Shown here: piece by piece, positions 1-8,036 of the stretch
How positions within the stretch are numbered: the first letter of the stretch is position 1
Layout: each line of letters opens with the position of its first letter
From: a virus
Virus record (IMG/VR): IMGVR_UViG_3300047551_001325
Span: 1 to 64,000 of that record
Reading direction: 5' to 3' (one strand)
Length of the DNA: 64,000 nucleotides
Position numbers and translations under genes: made by a program
The notes under the pieces: generated by a model
Database searches by the model: none
Told to the model about the DNA's origin: nothing
Seen by the model: the letters and a program-made list of their open reading frames with translations, nothing else

Positions 1-63
1 CTTGAACGGTGGATACTTGCCCACCACTCGCATGCCGTCTCTCAATTCTTTTGTGCTTGCCAT
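1..63 (-). CDS. 5' part of a small early gene running off the window (MASTKELRDGMRVVGKYPPFK...)
   Basis: ATG at 63-61 with upstream AAGGAAG; frame open to the window edge. Confidence 0.5.
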   Translation of the reverse strand, partial: MASTKELRDGMRVVGKYPPFK

Positions 64-147
64 GTTCTTCCTTGTCTCTTGTTGTGTTTGCTTTTGTTAC
101 ATCCCACAAACTTATGTAAAGTTGAGGGAAACTTGATGTGACCTATG

Positions 148-348
148 TCACTTGTGGTTCATGTACGACTTGTTGGCAGTAACCAACTTGTCTTTTGCCG
201 AGCAGATGATAGGGGTACTTTTGTGTACACCTAACACGTAGTACTCTGCTTGTTTGAAACCAAGTGCATAGCATTCTGGTTCCAAACAGTAATCGTACGG
301 TCGCTCGTCTGGCATCTCTGCGTTACAAAACGCACAAAGTTTGGACAT
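148..348 (-). CDS. small Cys-rich hypothetical protein (CxxC...CxxxxC)
   Basis: ORF track; start MSKLC after a GGAG RBS. Confidence 0.65.
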   Translation of the reverse strand: MSKLCAFCNAEMPDERPYDYCLEPECYALGFKQAEYYVLGVHKSTPIICSAKDKLVTANKSYMNHK

Positions 349-358
349 GATTACTCCT

Positions 359-607
359 TCACTCTTCTCCAAACCAATAGTCAACTATGAACTCAGAATT
401 ATTTGTTATCTCTTTCAACACTTCAAGCAGTTGTGTTGAATGCCTAACGATTACAAAGTCTTCTGTTTGTTCAATTGTTTCTGAATAAAACCAACATTGA
501 ATTGGAGTTGGTTCACCATTCATTTCTACGGACACTGATACACCGTATTGAATGTCTCGTATAACAATTGAAATTCTTGGGTACTCTCCCAATGCTATTG
601 AAATCAT
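359..607 (-). CDS. hypothetical protein
   Basis: ORF in the tightly packed leftward operon. Confidence 0.6.
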   Translation of the reverse strand: MISIALGEYPRISIVIRDIQYGVSVSVEMNGEPTPIQCWFYSETIEQTEDFVIVRHSTQLLEVLKEITNNSEFIVDYWFGEE

Positions 608-619
608 TTGTTCTCCAGT

Positions 620-862
620 TCACTCGGACTCCTTGGGGGGATTGACTGGGTAACGCCGATCATAACGATCGATCTTCTTCAGTTCTTCCATCTTCTTACG
701 CAACCACCGGCGTGTGCCCCAGCGTGTGAGTCCTTGGAACTTCCAAATTTCACGCCAATCGGAGCATTCTCCGGAGTCCGTAACTGCCCGTACGTACAGA
801 CGCCCCACGTGGTGTGTGGAGTTGATCTTGACGATGGTGAACTTGTAACTGTACATTGTCAT
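620..862 (-). CDS. hypothetical protein
   Basis: ORF with GAGG RBS, packed operon. Confidence 0.6.
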   Translation of the reverse strand: MTMYSYKFTIVKINSTHHVGRLYVRAVTDSGECSDWREIWKFQGLTRWGTRRWLRKKMEELKKIDRYDRRYPVNPPKESE

Positions 863-864
863 GT

Positions 865-1110
865 TTATACCTCTTCCGTTTCTGTCCAGGCTGTCCAGAC
901 TGTTGCTTCCAATGTTGTTGCTCCGAGTTTCTCCATGGAGTCTCGGACTATTTTTTCAATGTGGAGTTCTCTCAAATACAAATCCACATCATCCTTGTCT
1001 AACCAAAGATTTATTTCTTCTACCTCCTCTTTAGTTGGGGCAAGGGTCTCTGGAAGATACATGTTTTCATCAATCTCCCAAGTCACTGTCACTGTCACCT
1101 CTTTCTTCAT
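865..1110 (-). CDS. hypothetical acidic protein
   Basis: ORF with GGAGGTG RBS. Confidence 0.65.
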   Translation of the reverse strand: MKKEVTVTVTWEIDENMYLPETLAPTKEEVEEINLWLDKDDVDLYLRELHIEKIVRDSMEKLGATTLEATVWTAWTETEEV

Positions 1111-1414
1111 TGCTCACCTCCTTTGTTGCTTCAAATACTTCTTGAAGTCTAAGATGCTCTATGAATGGGTCCACACACAACAGAAGGTCTGACAACTCTT
1201 TCGTGTCGTAGAAGTACGCAAAATGGTGCGTCACATCCAATCTGAGTGGCTCTTCGTACCAATACCAAGAACTAGCTGGTAGTGTTTGCCCGTCTTTCTC
1301 AACGGAAAAAGACGGAGTTGGCCCGTCGTATCTAACACATACGACGTAACCATCTACTCCAGTAGGGACTCTACACTGCCCCCACGATGAGACTATTTGT
1401 TTTTGTTTCTTCAT
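1070..1414 (-). CDS. hypothetical protein (start MKKQKQ)
   Basis: 3' part of the 186-aa ORF; ATGA overlap with the upstream gene and GGAGGG RBS. Confidence 0.6.
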   Translation of the reverse strand: MKKQKQIVSSWGQCRVPTGVDGYVVCVRYDGPTPSFSVEKDGQTLPASSWYWYEEPLRLDVTHHFAYFYDTKELSDLLLCVDPFIEHLRLQEVFEATKEVSNEERGDSDSDLGD

Positions 1415-1617
1415 TCTCCCTCCAAGTATTCCTGGCCTCGCAAGACCATGCCAACGTACTTGAGTACTACGTCGACTTCCGGTGTTTTGTTGTTGATCCC
1501 AAGGTTTCGCTGAAGCCAGCGGAGGTTGGAATCTTCGGACATGTCTCTTCTTTCCAATGGAACATCCATTGGTATGAGCATCATCCTGATTGCCGCTCTG
1601 ATTGACATTGACGTCAT
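1411..1617 (-). CDS. hypothetical protein
   Basis: ORF overlapping both neighbours by 4 nt. Confidence 0.55.
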   Translation of the reverse strand: MTSMSIRAAIRMMLIPMDVPLERRDMSEDSNLRWLQRNLGINNKTPEVDVVLKYVGMVLRGQEYLEGE

Positions 1618-1952
1618 GATTGTTCTCCATTCATGTAAGCCCACTCGCATTCCATCGAGCAGATCCCAGTGAGTAAGTGCAACTTTTCCTCTGTGGACAT
1701 GTACGAAAGCGTGTCCAAGTATTCCTTGAGTTCGTTCAAGGCTTTGGTGATGTTGTCATCACCTGTCACCCCACCTAAAATTAGCTGGAATTTATCCCCA
1801 ACCTCAGATGGAACTATGTAACTCCACTTATCGTTACACACAGGGCACTTGAACGTACGCAGTACACAAAGTTCTGCGGCCTCTGGAAAGTACGTGTCAT
1901 CCACGACTAGCGTCGTGTCGTGTTCGCTTTCCTTGTGCTTGATGAGTTTCAT
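1614..1952 (-). CDS. hypothetical protein with CxxC pairs (possible Zn binding)
   Basis: CPVC...CSMEC; AAGGAG RBS before MKLIK. Confidence 0.6.
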   Translation of the reverse strand: MKLIKHKESEHDTTLVVDDTYFPEAAELCVLRTFKCPVCNDKWSYIVPSEVGDKFQLILGGVTGDDNITKALNELKEYLDTLSYMSTEEKLHLLTGICSMECEWAYMNGEQS

Positions 1953-2140
1953 TTCTTCTCCTTGTGATAACGCCTCCGACATGGAGGACAGTTGCATGGG
2001 CTTTGCTTGACATTGACTTTCTCTCTGCCGGCTAAAATAAGTTCAGTCAGCAGATGTCCGCAGGAATACTGCGTTTTGTTTACGGTTGCCATTTTTATCC
2101 CTTGAAGTCTCAGCTGAAATTTTCAGCCTGATTTTGAATA

Positions 2141-2187
2141 ACAAAAAAACGCTGGCTTCATATGTACAACATTATGAAACCAGCGTT
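2141..2187 (-). terminator. intrinsic terminator
   Basis: Minus strand AACGCTGGTTTCATA-loop-TATGAAGCCAGCGTT followed by a T run, right after the stop at 2191. Confidence 0.75.
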
Positions 2188-2190
2188 GTT

Positions 2191-2355
2191 TTACTTGTCG
2201 TTGTTCCAGCGGTACTCTCGGTACCACTCACGGAACTCGTTCACTGCCCACGGGATAACCGAGGCGGTAAAGAAGCCAAGCACGAAGAGCCGCCACGGCT
2301 CATCGTATGATAGGACAGCCAGCACGAAGCTGGCAAGGATCATTATCTCCATCAT
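2191..2355 (-). CDS. small membrane protein (two hydrophobic segments)
   Basis: IMILASFVLAVLSY / LFVLGFFTASVIPW. Confidence 0.6.
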   Translation of the reverse strand: MMEIMILASFVLAVLSYDEPWRLFVLGFFTASVIPWAVNEFREWYREYRWNNDK

Positions 2356-2498
2356 TTTTTCACCCCCTTCTTCTTGTCGTTGGCCTTGGTCTTGCACTTC
2401 GCACATAGTTCTGGGTTGTTCCAGGACTTATCTGCGTAGGGCTCGTCAATGTCTGCGGTGTCTTTGTGCCCGCACCGATAGATACATGTGTAAATCAT
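2352..2498 (-). CDS. small Zn-ribbon-like protein (CGH...CxxC)
   Basis: YRCGHKD...LCAKC; AAGGGAG RBS. Confidence 0.6.
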   Translation of the reverse strand: MIYTCIYRCGHKDTADIDEPYADKSWNNPELCAKCKTKANDKKKGVKK

Positions 2499-2632
2499 GT
2501 TGTCTCCCTTGTTTGTTGGTAGGTTGTGGTAGCGGGTTACCTTTCCCAAGGTGTTGTCCCTTGAGGGTCTAACGCAATAAGCGCAGGTAACCCATCTCCC
2601 AGAAAGGACTATGGGCTAGCTACCACAACCAG

Positions 2633-2705
2633 CGCAGTGGGTAGGGGTCGAACCTACAACCTACAGATTAGAAGTCTGTTGCTCTATCCATTGAGCTACC
2701 ACTGC
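2633..2705 (-). tRNA. tRNA-Arg(UCU)
   Basis: Cloverleaf: acceptor GCAGTGG/CCACTGC, D arm TAGCTCAATGGATAGAGC, anticodon loop CTTCTAA, T loop TTCGACC; CCA not encoded. Confidence 0.93.
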
Positions 2706-3233
2706 CGGCCATCGGTGGCCTTATAAGATGTGTATAGTATGCTAATGCACCGTGGGCACCTATTAATGCATTTAGCAGGGACCTCAAACAACTTATACTT
2801 ATAAGTTCCTTTGCTGATAATCAGCTACCCACCCGATGACACGTGGGCAATGATTATTAACGAGTAATCATGTCTCGAGTTGTATAAACCCCATAAACTT
2901 ATATACCACCTAAGAGGCAATGGTGGTTTTCGGTTACCACGGCTCCGTATTGTTCCTACAACCAAAGGAAACTAGAACTTGTGTGGGCCTACACGAAGTA
3001 ACGATGTTATGGGTAAACCCCAAATGGGTTTCGTTACAACATTTACCGTATACTGCCACGGCTGCAACCTGGACAACAAGGAATTGGAGGCACTTGTACC
3101 ATTGCCTTGGTTTATAAACCACTACCATATGGGATACCACCCAATACGTTCCCTTGCGCATCTGCACACTTATGACTCTGCAGTGTCATACACATCGCTG
3201 TGTCTAGGTCGGCTGTACATCACCGCCTAAGAT
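2706..3233 (-). ncRNA. candidate large structured ncRNA
   Basis: No credible ORF; nested long-range helices 2727-2735/3188-3196, 2736-2742/3164-3170, 2883-2890/3109-3116, 2915-2924/3098-3107, plus many local hairpins. Confidence 0.55.
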
Positions 3234-3479
3234 CTAGAGTCCGACATGCGGCTTGTACTTTCGTACAAGATCACCCTTGATAGCAGCATGCCGTTCTGAT
3301 GCCCACATGAAGGCGTTGATCTCCTGCATCACATCGACATACTGAATCCAGCCTCTGTGGGCTTCCGAAAGACGTACAATGGCGTCTTCCAGTTCTTTCT
3401 TTGAGTCCAACTCTGGGAGTTTGGCCTCAAGTTCGTCCATAACACGGACGAACTCTGCAAAAGATACTTTGTTAAGCAT
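3234..3479 (-). CDS. hypothetical helical protein
   Basis: ORF with AAAGGA RBS. Confidence 0.7.
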   Translation of the reverse strand: MLNKVSFAEFVRVMDELEAKLPELDSKKELEDAIVRLSEAHRGWIQYVDVMQEINAFMWASERHAAIKGDLVRKYKPHVGL

Positions 3480-3501
3480 CTTATTCCTTTCTACTAGGGA
3501 G

Positions 3502-3574
3502 TGGGGCGTGTAGGGATCGAACCTACGACCAAGGCATTATGAGTGCCCTGCTCTAACCACTGAGCTAACGCCCC
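3502..3574 (-). tRNA. tRNA with CAU anticodon (elongator Met or lysidine-modified Ile2)
   Basis: Acceptor GGGGCGT/ACGCCCC, TAGCTCAGTGGTTAGAGC, loop CTCATAA, TTCGATC; paired G1-C72, so not an initiator. Confidence 0.92.
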
Positions 3575-3706
3575 TCTTTACAGCGGTAAAGGATTTCACC
3601 GCAGTGTAGGGGAAAAGACTCGCACTTTTCTTCGTAAACAACATTGTGTTGTCACTACCTTACTCTAAGGGAACGATCCCAAAGAATCCCTACTTGGTGA
3701 GTAGTT

Positions 3707-3955
3707 TTACGACATACTCAGGGGGTTGAGACAAAGCCTGGGCTTCGCCACGTAACTTTCGATTCCTTTGATCGCCCGATCAAACAGGCGACGAGCGTTC
3801 TCTTCAAGCCAAGGGGCCGTGTGGCCGAACTCGGCTTGCTTCAACCAAATCATGCAGGTTGTGGCATCCTCCTTGAGGCGCATCCACCCTGAGTGGGTGG
3901 TTGGGGTCTCGCTCTCCAAAAGAACGAGAAACTGGTCGATTTCATCTAGTGTCAT
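3707..3955 (-). CDS. hypothetical protein (MTLDEIDQ...)
   Basis: AGGAGGTG RBS before the ATG. Confidence 0.7.
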   Translation of the reverse strand: MTLDEIDQFLVLLESETPTTHSGWMRLKEDATTCMIWLKQAEFGHTAPWLEENARRLFDRAIKGIESYVAKPRLCLNPLSMS

Positions 3956-4106
3956 GTCACCTCCTAGTGACTCGTAGTTGCGCCCGTCTCTCCGGACTGT
4001 CAAGCCTAGTGATTGGGGCACTTCCCCCGGCTTTCGGGTACTACATGACGCGCACATCCCGAAGCGCGTCCCCAAGAACTACTTGATGATGGACTGGGTT
4101 GACCAG

Positions 4107-4406
4107 TTACCATCCCGTGTATGCTGTTACATCGGTGGTCTGGAAGGCGCGAGATATGCCGTCCTTGACACCAATGAAGAGGGGACGATAATTCGGCCCC
4201 CCAGCACTGACCATCTCTGGGAAGTACGCTTCTTCCACATTTTCGAGAATCAACTGGGAGAATGAGGGGTCGGTCACATCGATCTTCCACAAACTATGTC
4301 CGTGGATGAAGGAGTAGTGGCTTCCACTACGCGTGTGGAACTCCCAAGAGGACCACGTAGTGCGGTTATTCCTCCTGTACAGCTGTACCTCATTGGTCAA
4401 TGACAT
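4107..4406 (-). CDS. hypothetical protein (MSLTNEV...)
   Basis: AAGGAGG RBS. Confidence 0.7.
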   Translation of the reverse strand: MSLTNEVQLYRRNNRTTWSSWEFHTRSGSHYSFIHGHSLWKIDVTDPSFSQLILENVEEAYFPEMVSAGGPNYRPLFIGVKDGISRAFQTTDVTAYTGW

Positions 4407-4663
4407 TTTGGCCTCCTTAGCCAATAAGTGCCCCACACAATGGTGGAAGCAATGGTTGATACAGACAACACGATCTTGCCAATGCGTGGATCAGCCAGTC
4501 TCGCAAGGGTAAAAAAGACGGCGATCAACACGCACTGGCGTATGCCATAGACAAACCTATGTGCTCATAGCAACTACAAATGGGGGGTAAGTAGTGCTAA
4601 AGCAGCAGTCACACTTACACAAGGTTGTGTAACGGCAGCATAGGCCCATACATAGGCACATGT

Positions 4664-4737
4664 TGTGACAATAGTCACATCAATGTGACATTTGTCATAG
4701 GTGAGACAATAGCCACAAGCGTGTGACAATAGTCACA
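4664..4737. promoter_or_regulatory. array of four TGTGA-N6-TCACA (CRP/GlxR-type) palindromic boxes
   Basis: TGTGACAATAGTCACA (4664), TGTGACATTTGTCATA (4684), TGAGACAATAGCCACA (4702), TGTGACAATAGTCACA (4722). Confidence 0.65.
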
Positions 4738-4865
4738 TAGAGCATCTAAACTGGACGGCGCGCCGTTTGCGACGCTATCCGGTCCAACCAGACGCAAGGA
4801 AGCATGGTTGCGTCACCTTGCCTCTACCCTAGGCAACGGGATTTCTCAGCCGGATTTCGGGCAAC

Positions 4866-4898
4866 AAAGAAAGCCCCCCACCCTTGCGGGCGGGGGGC
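4866..4898 (-). terminator. intrinsic terminator
   Basis: Minus strand GCCCCCCGCCC-GCAA-GGGTGGGGGGC-TTTCTTT downstream of the stop at 4923. Confidence 0.85.
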
Positions 4899-4922
4899 AG
4901 TCCCTGTGGGGTTGGGGTTGTG

Positions 4923-5474
4923 TCAGACGCCCTTGGCGAGAGCGACGACGAGCGACACCAACTGCTGTTGAGCAGGGGTACGCTGGTCAGCAGGTGTGGT
5001 CAGCAGACTCAGTTGGCACGAAGCCAGTTGAGCCACGGCACGTTCCGTTGCGATGCGAACCTCACGCTGTTGGGGCGTCTCCCCCGTCACCGTGTTGGTT
5101 TCGGTGAGGCGAGCCCAAGCCGCGTTCTGGTCGTTCACGCCGGCGAGCAATGCCTTGAGGACGTCCGAGGACTTCTTCGTCGAGATGAGGCGGTTCCAAA
5201 CCGTCTGTCCCGACTTGGCGTTGCCGACCGCCGGAAGCGAGAAGAAGATTCCCCAAACGATGAGGATTCCTTCCCAGCCCGCCGGAAGCGGTGAGTGCTG
5301 GTACGCCTTGCTGACGAGGTCGCCAATCTCCTTGCGGATTTCGGCTTCCTTGAGTCCCGCGATGGCGGTCGCGTGCGGGCGAAGCCCGTCCCACGACTCT
5401 TTCGCGGTCGCTTTGGCGTTGGACGCTGACGCGTCCGCGACCAGCACCTGCCTGACAGTATCTAACAGTGACAT
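4923..5474 (-). CDS. GC-rich hypothetical protein (MSLLDTVRQV...)
   Basis: AAGGGAG RBS, G/C-ending codons, own terminator. Confidence 0.75.
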   Translation of the reverse strand: MSLLDTVRQVLVADASASNAKATAKESWDGLRPHATAIAGLKEAEIRKEIGDLVSKAYQHSPLPAGWEGILIVWGIFFSLPAVGNAKSGQTVWNRLISTKKSSDVLKALLAGVNDQNAAWARLTETNTVTGETPQQREVRIATERAVAQLASCQLSLLTTPADQRTPAQQQLVSLVVALAKGV

Positions 5475-5678
5475 GGTTGTCTCCCTTGTGTAGTCTCCGC
5501 ACCGGTTGGTGGGGGACACCTAGGTTATGGGGCGAGCCGGAAACCGTCCTCGGTAGGGCCCACCCCCCAATGAACACCCCACTACGCAATAGACCTATTC
5601 TGCAATTAACCGGTTACAACGTAAATCCGCCCAACCGTCAAATGGTGTAATATAGACCTATTCTTTAAGGAGGTGCTT

Positions 5679-6290
5679 ATGTCACACGAGCATTTAACTA
5701 GTGAACAGATGCGGGGTATTCTCCAAAGTATGAAAGAGAACACAGGTGTTGACATTACGCCGGGGTTTGCCCACCTGCCAACTGGTCATACAGTTCCAAT
5801 ACGTCAGCCAGAGTATAGGCATACCCCTTATGATGAACATTATGGTAGTAACTTACACGCAGATATACCTTTAAAAAATAGAAAAATACCGGCTACTCTC
5901 ACTGTTGGCCAAATCGGTCGTGCTAAAGAAAAAGGCCACAAAGCTACAGTTAGAGCTGCTCCATGGGGGTTATACAGTGGTGGAAAAATACGGACTGAAG
6001 GGGACCGCATAGGTTTAGATGAAGAAGGTGCTAAGGAGCATGTTGACAAAGTACTAAGAGATAGGCCAGGTGCAAATCCTCATCCAGGGGACGTAATAGG
6101 TGAAGAAGAAGACCGTAAAAGAACTATGGATGTTCTCAGAAAATATGGGATAGACACAGACAAGGCGTCTGGGCGTAAAGATCATTTCTTAGATGGTTCA
6201 ACAAGCCACTTAAAGGTAGGAAGCACATCTTCTGGACCACTAATAAACCCTAGATATTTTAATTTGCACACCGGTGAATTTGATGACTAA
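5679..6290 (+). CDS. hypothetical His-rich protein
   Basis: TAAGGAGG RBS; first gene of the rightward arm. Confidence 0.75.
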   Translation: MSHEHLTSEQMRGILQSMKENTGVDITPGFAHLPTGHTVPIRQPEYRHTPYDEHYGSNLHADIPLKNRKIPATLTVGQIGRAKEKGHKATVRAAPWGLYSGGKIRTEGDRIGLDEEGAKEHVDKVLRDRPGANPHPGDVIGEEEDRKRTMDVLRKYGIDTDKASGRKDHFLDGSTSHLKVGSTSSGPLINPRYFNLHTGEFDD

Positions 6291-6324
6291 AACTATTCTA
6301 AACTATTCCTTAAGGAGGTAAGTA

Positions 6325-7170
6325 ATGGTAAGACCACTATTACGCAATGCATCTAATGCATATGGGCTTACCCCAACTTCTGTAGACGACTCAACTCGCC
6401 CTGGTAAAACCTTTGATGTCAGAGATCCAGAGGCACACATTCGCAGACTTATGCACTTTGGAGCTGGTATGGGGGAGCATCTAGCTTCAACACACCCTAT
6501 GTTTAGTAACAAATCGATGTATTTTGGTGCAAACGCTGCCGGCGGTATTAACGACGCAATAACATTTAATGAACACGACACAGATCACCCACTTACAGCA
6601 GGTGTACTTTCAAATACACACGCACGTCTATACGACATGGAAAAAAAGGGTTTGTTGGATAGAAACAAAATGAACATGGCAGTAAATGAGTTAGAGCATC
6701 GTGCTCCAATTAACCACTGGACTAGTACCTTACTACATCCAGATGCTCCAGATAGACGATTTAACCAAATTGTTAATCGTGACCCAACATTAATTCGTGG
6801 AAGTATTAATAAGCAAGTCACACCAACGTCTCTTCTTGGGAATGACTTTGCAACAAACATAAACGTTAATTGGGGTAGTGATATTGGAGATTTATCACTT
6901 TCAGACGCTAGATATCAAGTTCGTGAGAAACTTGCAAACTTTAATAAAACTCGTATAGTAGACCCACAAATTGAAAGTGTAATAAAAACAGCGTTAAACA
7001 ACCCACTAGAAGGTGGTTTTGGAAGACACGGTATAGCTACACGACAAACTCATCCTGAATTGTATTCATCTCAATTTTTTAAAGTTGCAGGAAAACATGG
7101 TGAAGATGTCATAGATCTTGGTACTGGTACTTGGGCCGAAGTCCACCCAGAAGGGTACTTCCCTAATTAA
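6325..7170 (+). CDS. hypothetical protein, paralog of 7217-8026
   Basis: Shared DPEAHIRRLxxFGAGMG and DVIDLxTGTWA motifs. Confidence 0.8.
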   Translation: MVRPLLRNASNAYGLTPTSVDDSTRPGKTFDVRDPEAHIRRLMHFGAGMGEHLASTHPMFSNKSMYFGANAAGGINDAITFNEHDTDHPLTAGVLSNTHARLYDMEKKGLLDRNKMNMAVNELEHRAPINHWTSTLLHPDAPDRRFNQIVNRDPTLIRGSINKQVTPTSLLGNDFATNINVNWGSDIGDLSLSDARYQVREKLANFNKTRIVDPQIESVIKTALNNPLEGGFGRHGIATRQTHPELYSSQFFKVAGKHGEDVIDLGTGTWAEVHPEGYFPN

Positions 7171-7216
7171 TGTATTATTGGTTAGTAAAAATTTGCCGGT
7201 TTGACTGGGGCAGTGT

Positions 7217-8026
7217 ATGGGCTTATTGAGAAATTCAACGGAATCGTGGATTGACATTGATAACAACGGTAGAGGGTTTGATCCTAGTAGAAAATTTAGG
7301 TTAAATGATCCAGAGGCGCATATTCGCAGATTAACCAGTTTTGGGGCTGGCATGGGAGTTAATTTATCATCTACCCGTCCTGCGTTTACTAATAAAGTAA
7401 TGATTATTGGAGCTAACGGTGGTTACTCAGGAGAACCTAACAATCGTCTGGAATTTGACGAGCAAGACGAAGGTTTAATACACCCACTTGGTGTATTACA
7501 TGAAGCGATTGGAAGAATAAACGAACAAAAGAGTAGAGGTCTCATAGATTCACAAGATGCTATTACTGCTGGTTTGCATTTAATGGGTACACACGTACCA
7601 TACCAACATGGAGTACATATCATTCCTGATTTAACTGAGCGTTACCCTAATGAGTATCAGGGTAACACAACCAAACTAATTACCCCTGAACCATCAGAAC
7701 TTCCTAGAGCTCGGCGCGCGGATTGGGAGGCAAATGCTGATGAAACAGGCGGTAACACCTTTAGAACTGCAATGTCTGACTTTAGGCATAAAATTCGTAG
7801 TGAATATAGACGTCCTGGAAATAACATAAGTGACCTTATAAATGCTTCGCTAGCTGACCCTGTAAGAGACGTGTCAAGACGTGGTGCTAACCCAGAACAG
7901 TATAGTTCTCAGTTTCTTAAGATCTTAAGTAAACTGCCAGGACATAACCCCACTGATGAAGACGTTATTGACCTTGAAACTGGTACTTGGGCTAAAATTA
8001 GTCCAGAAGACTACTTTCCGCATTGA
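7217..8026 (+). CDS. hypothetical protein, paralog of 6325-7170
   Basis: Same shared motifs. Confidence 0.8.
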   Translation: MGLLRNSTESWIDIDNNGRGFDPSRKFRLNDPEAHIRRLTSFGAGMGVNLSSTRPAFTNKVMIIGANGGYSGEPNNRLEFDEQDEGLIHPLGVLHEAIGRINEQKSRGLIDSQDAITAGLHLMGTHVPYQHGVHIIPDLTERYPNEYQGNTTKLITPEPSELPRARRADWEANADETGGNTFRTAMSDFRHKIRSEYRRPGNNISDLINASLADPVRDVSRRGANPEQYSSQFLKILSKLPGHNPTDEDVIDLETGTWAKISPEDYFPH

Positions 8027-8036
8027 TTGGTGACAC

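Noticed and set aside
608-1192. 194-aa plus-strand ORF and similar antisense ORFs across the window
   Set aside because: Shadows of well-supported genes on the opposite strand
2934-3230. ORFs 2934-3167(-), 2920-3117(+) and 2979-3230(+) as genes
   Set aside because: No RBS or operon coupling, atypical composition; long-range pairing explains the region better
4664-4737. Mini-CRISPR array
   Set aside because: Units are 16 bp with only 2-4 bp between them; no spacers and no cas genes
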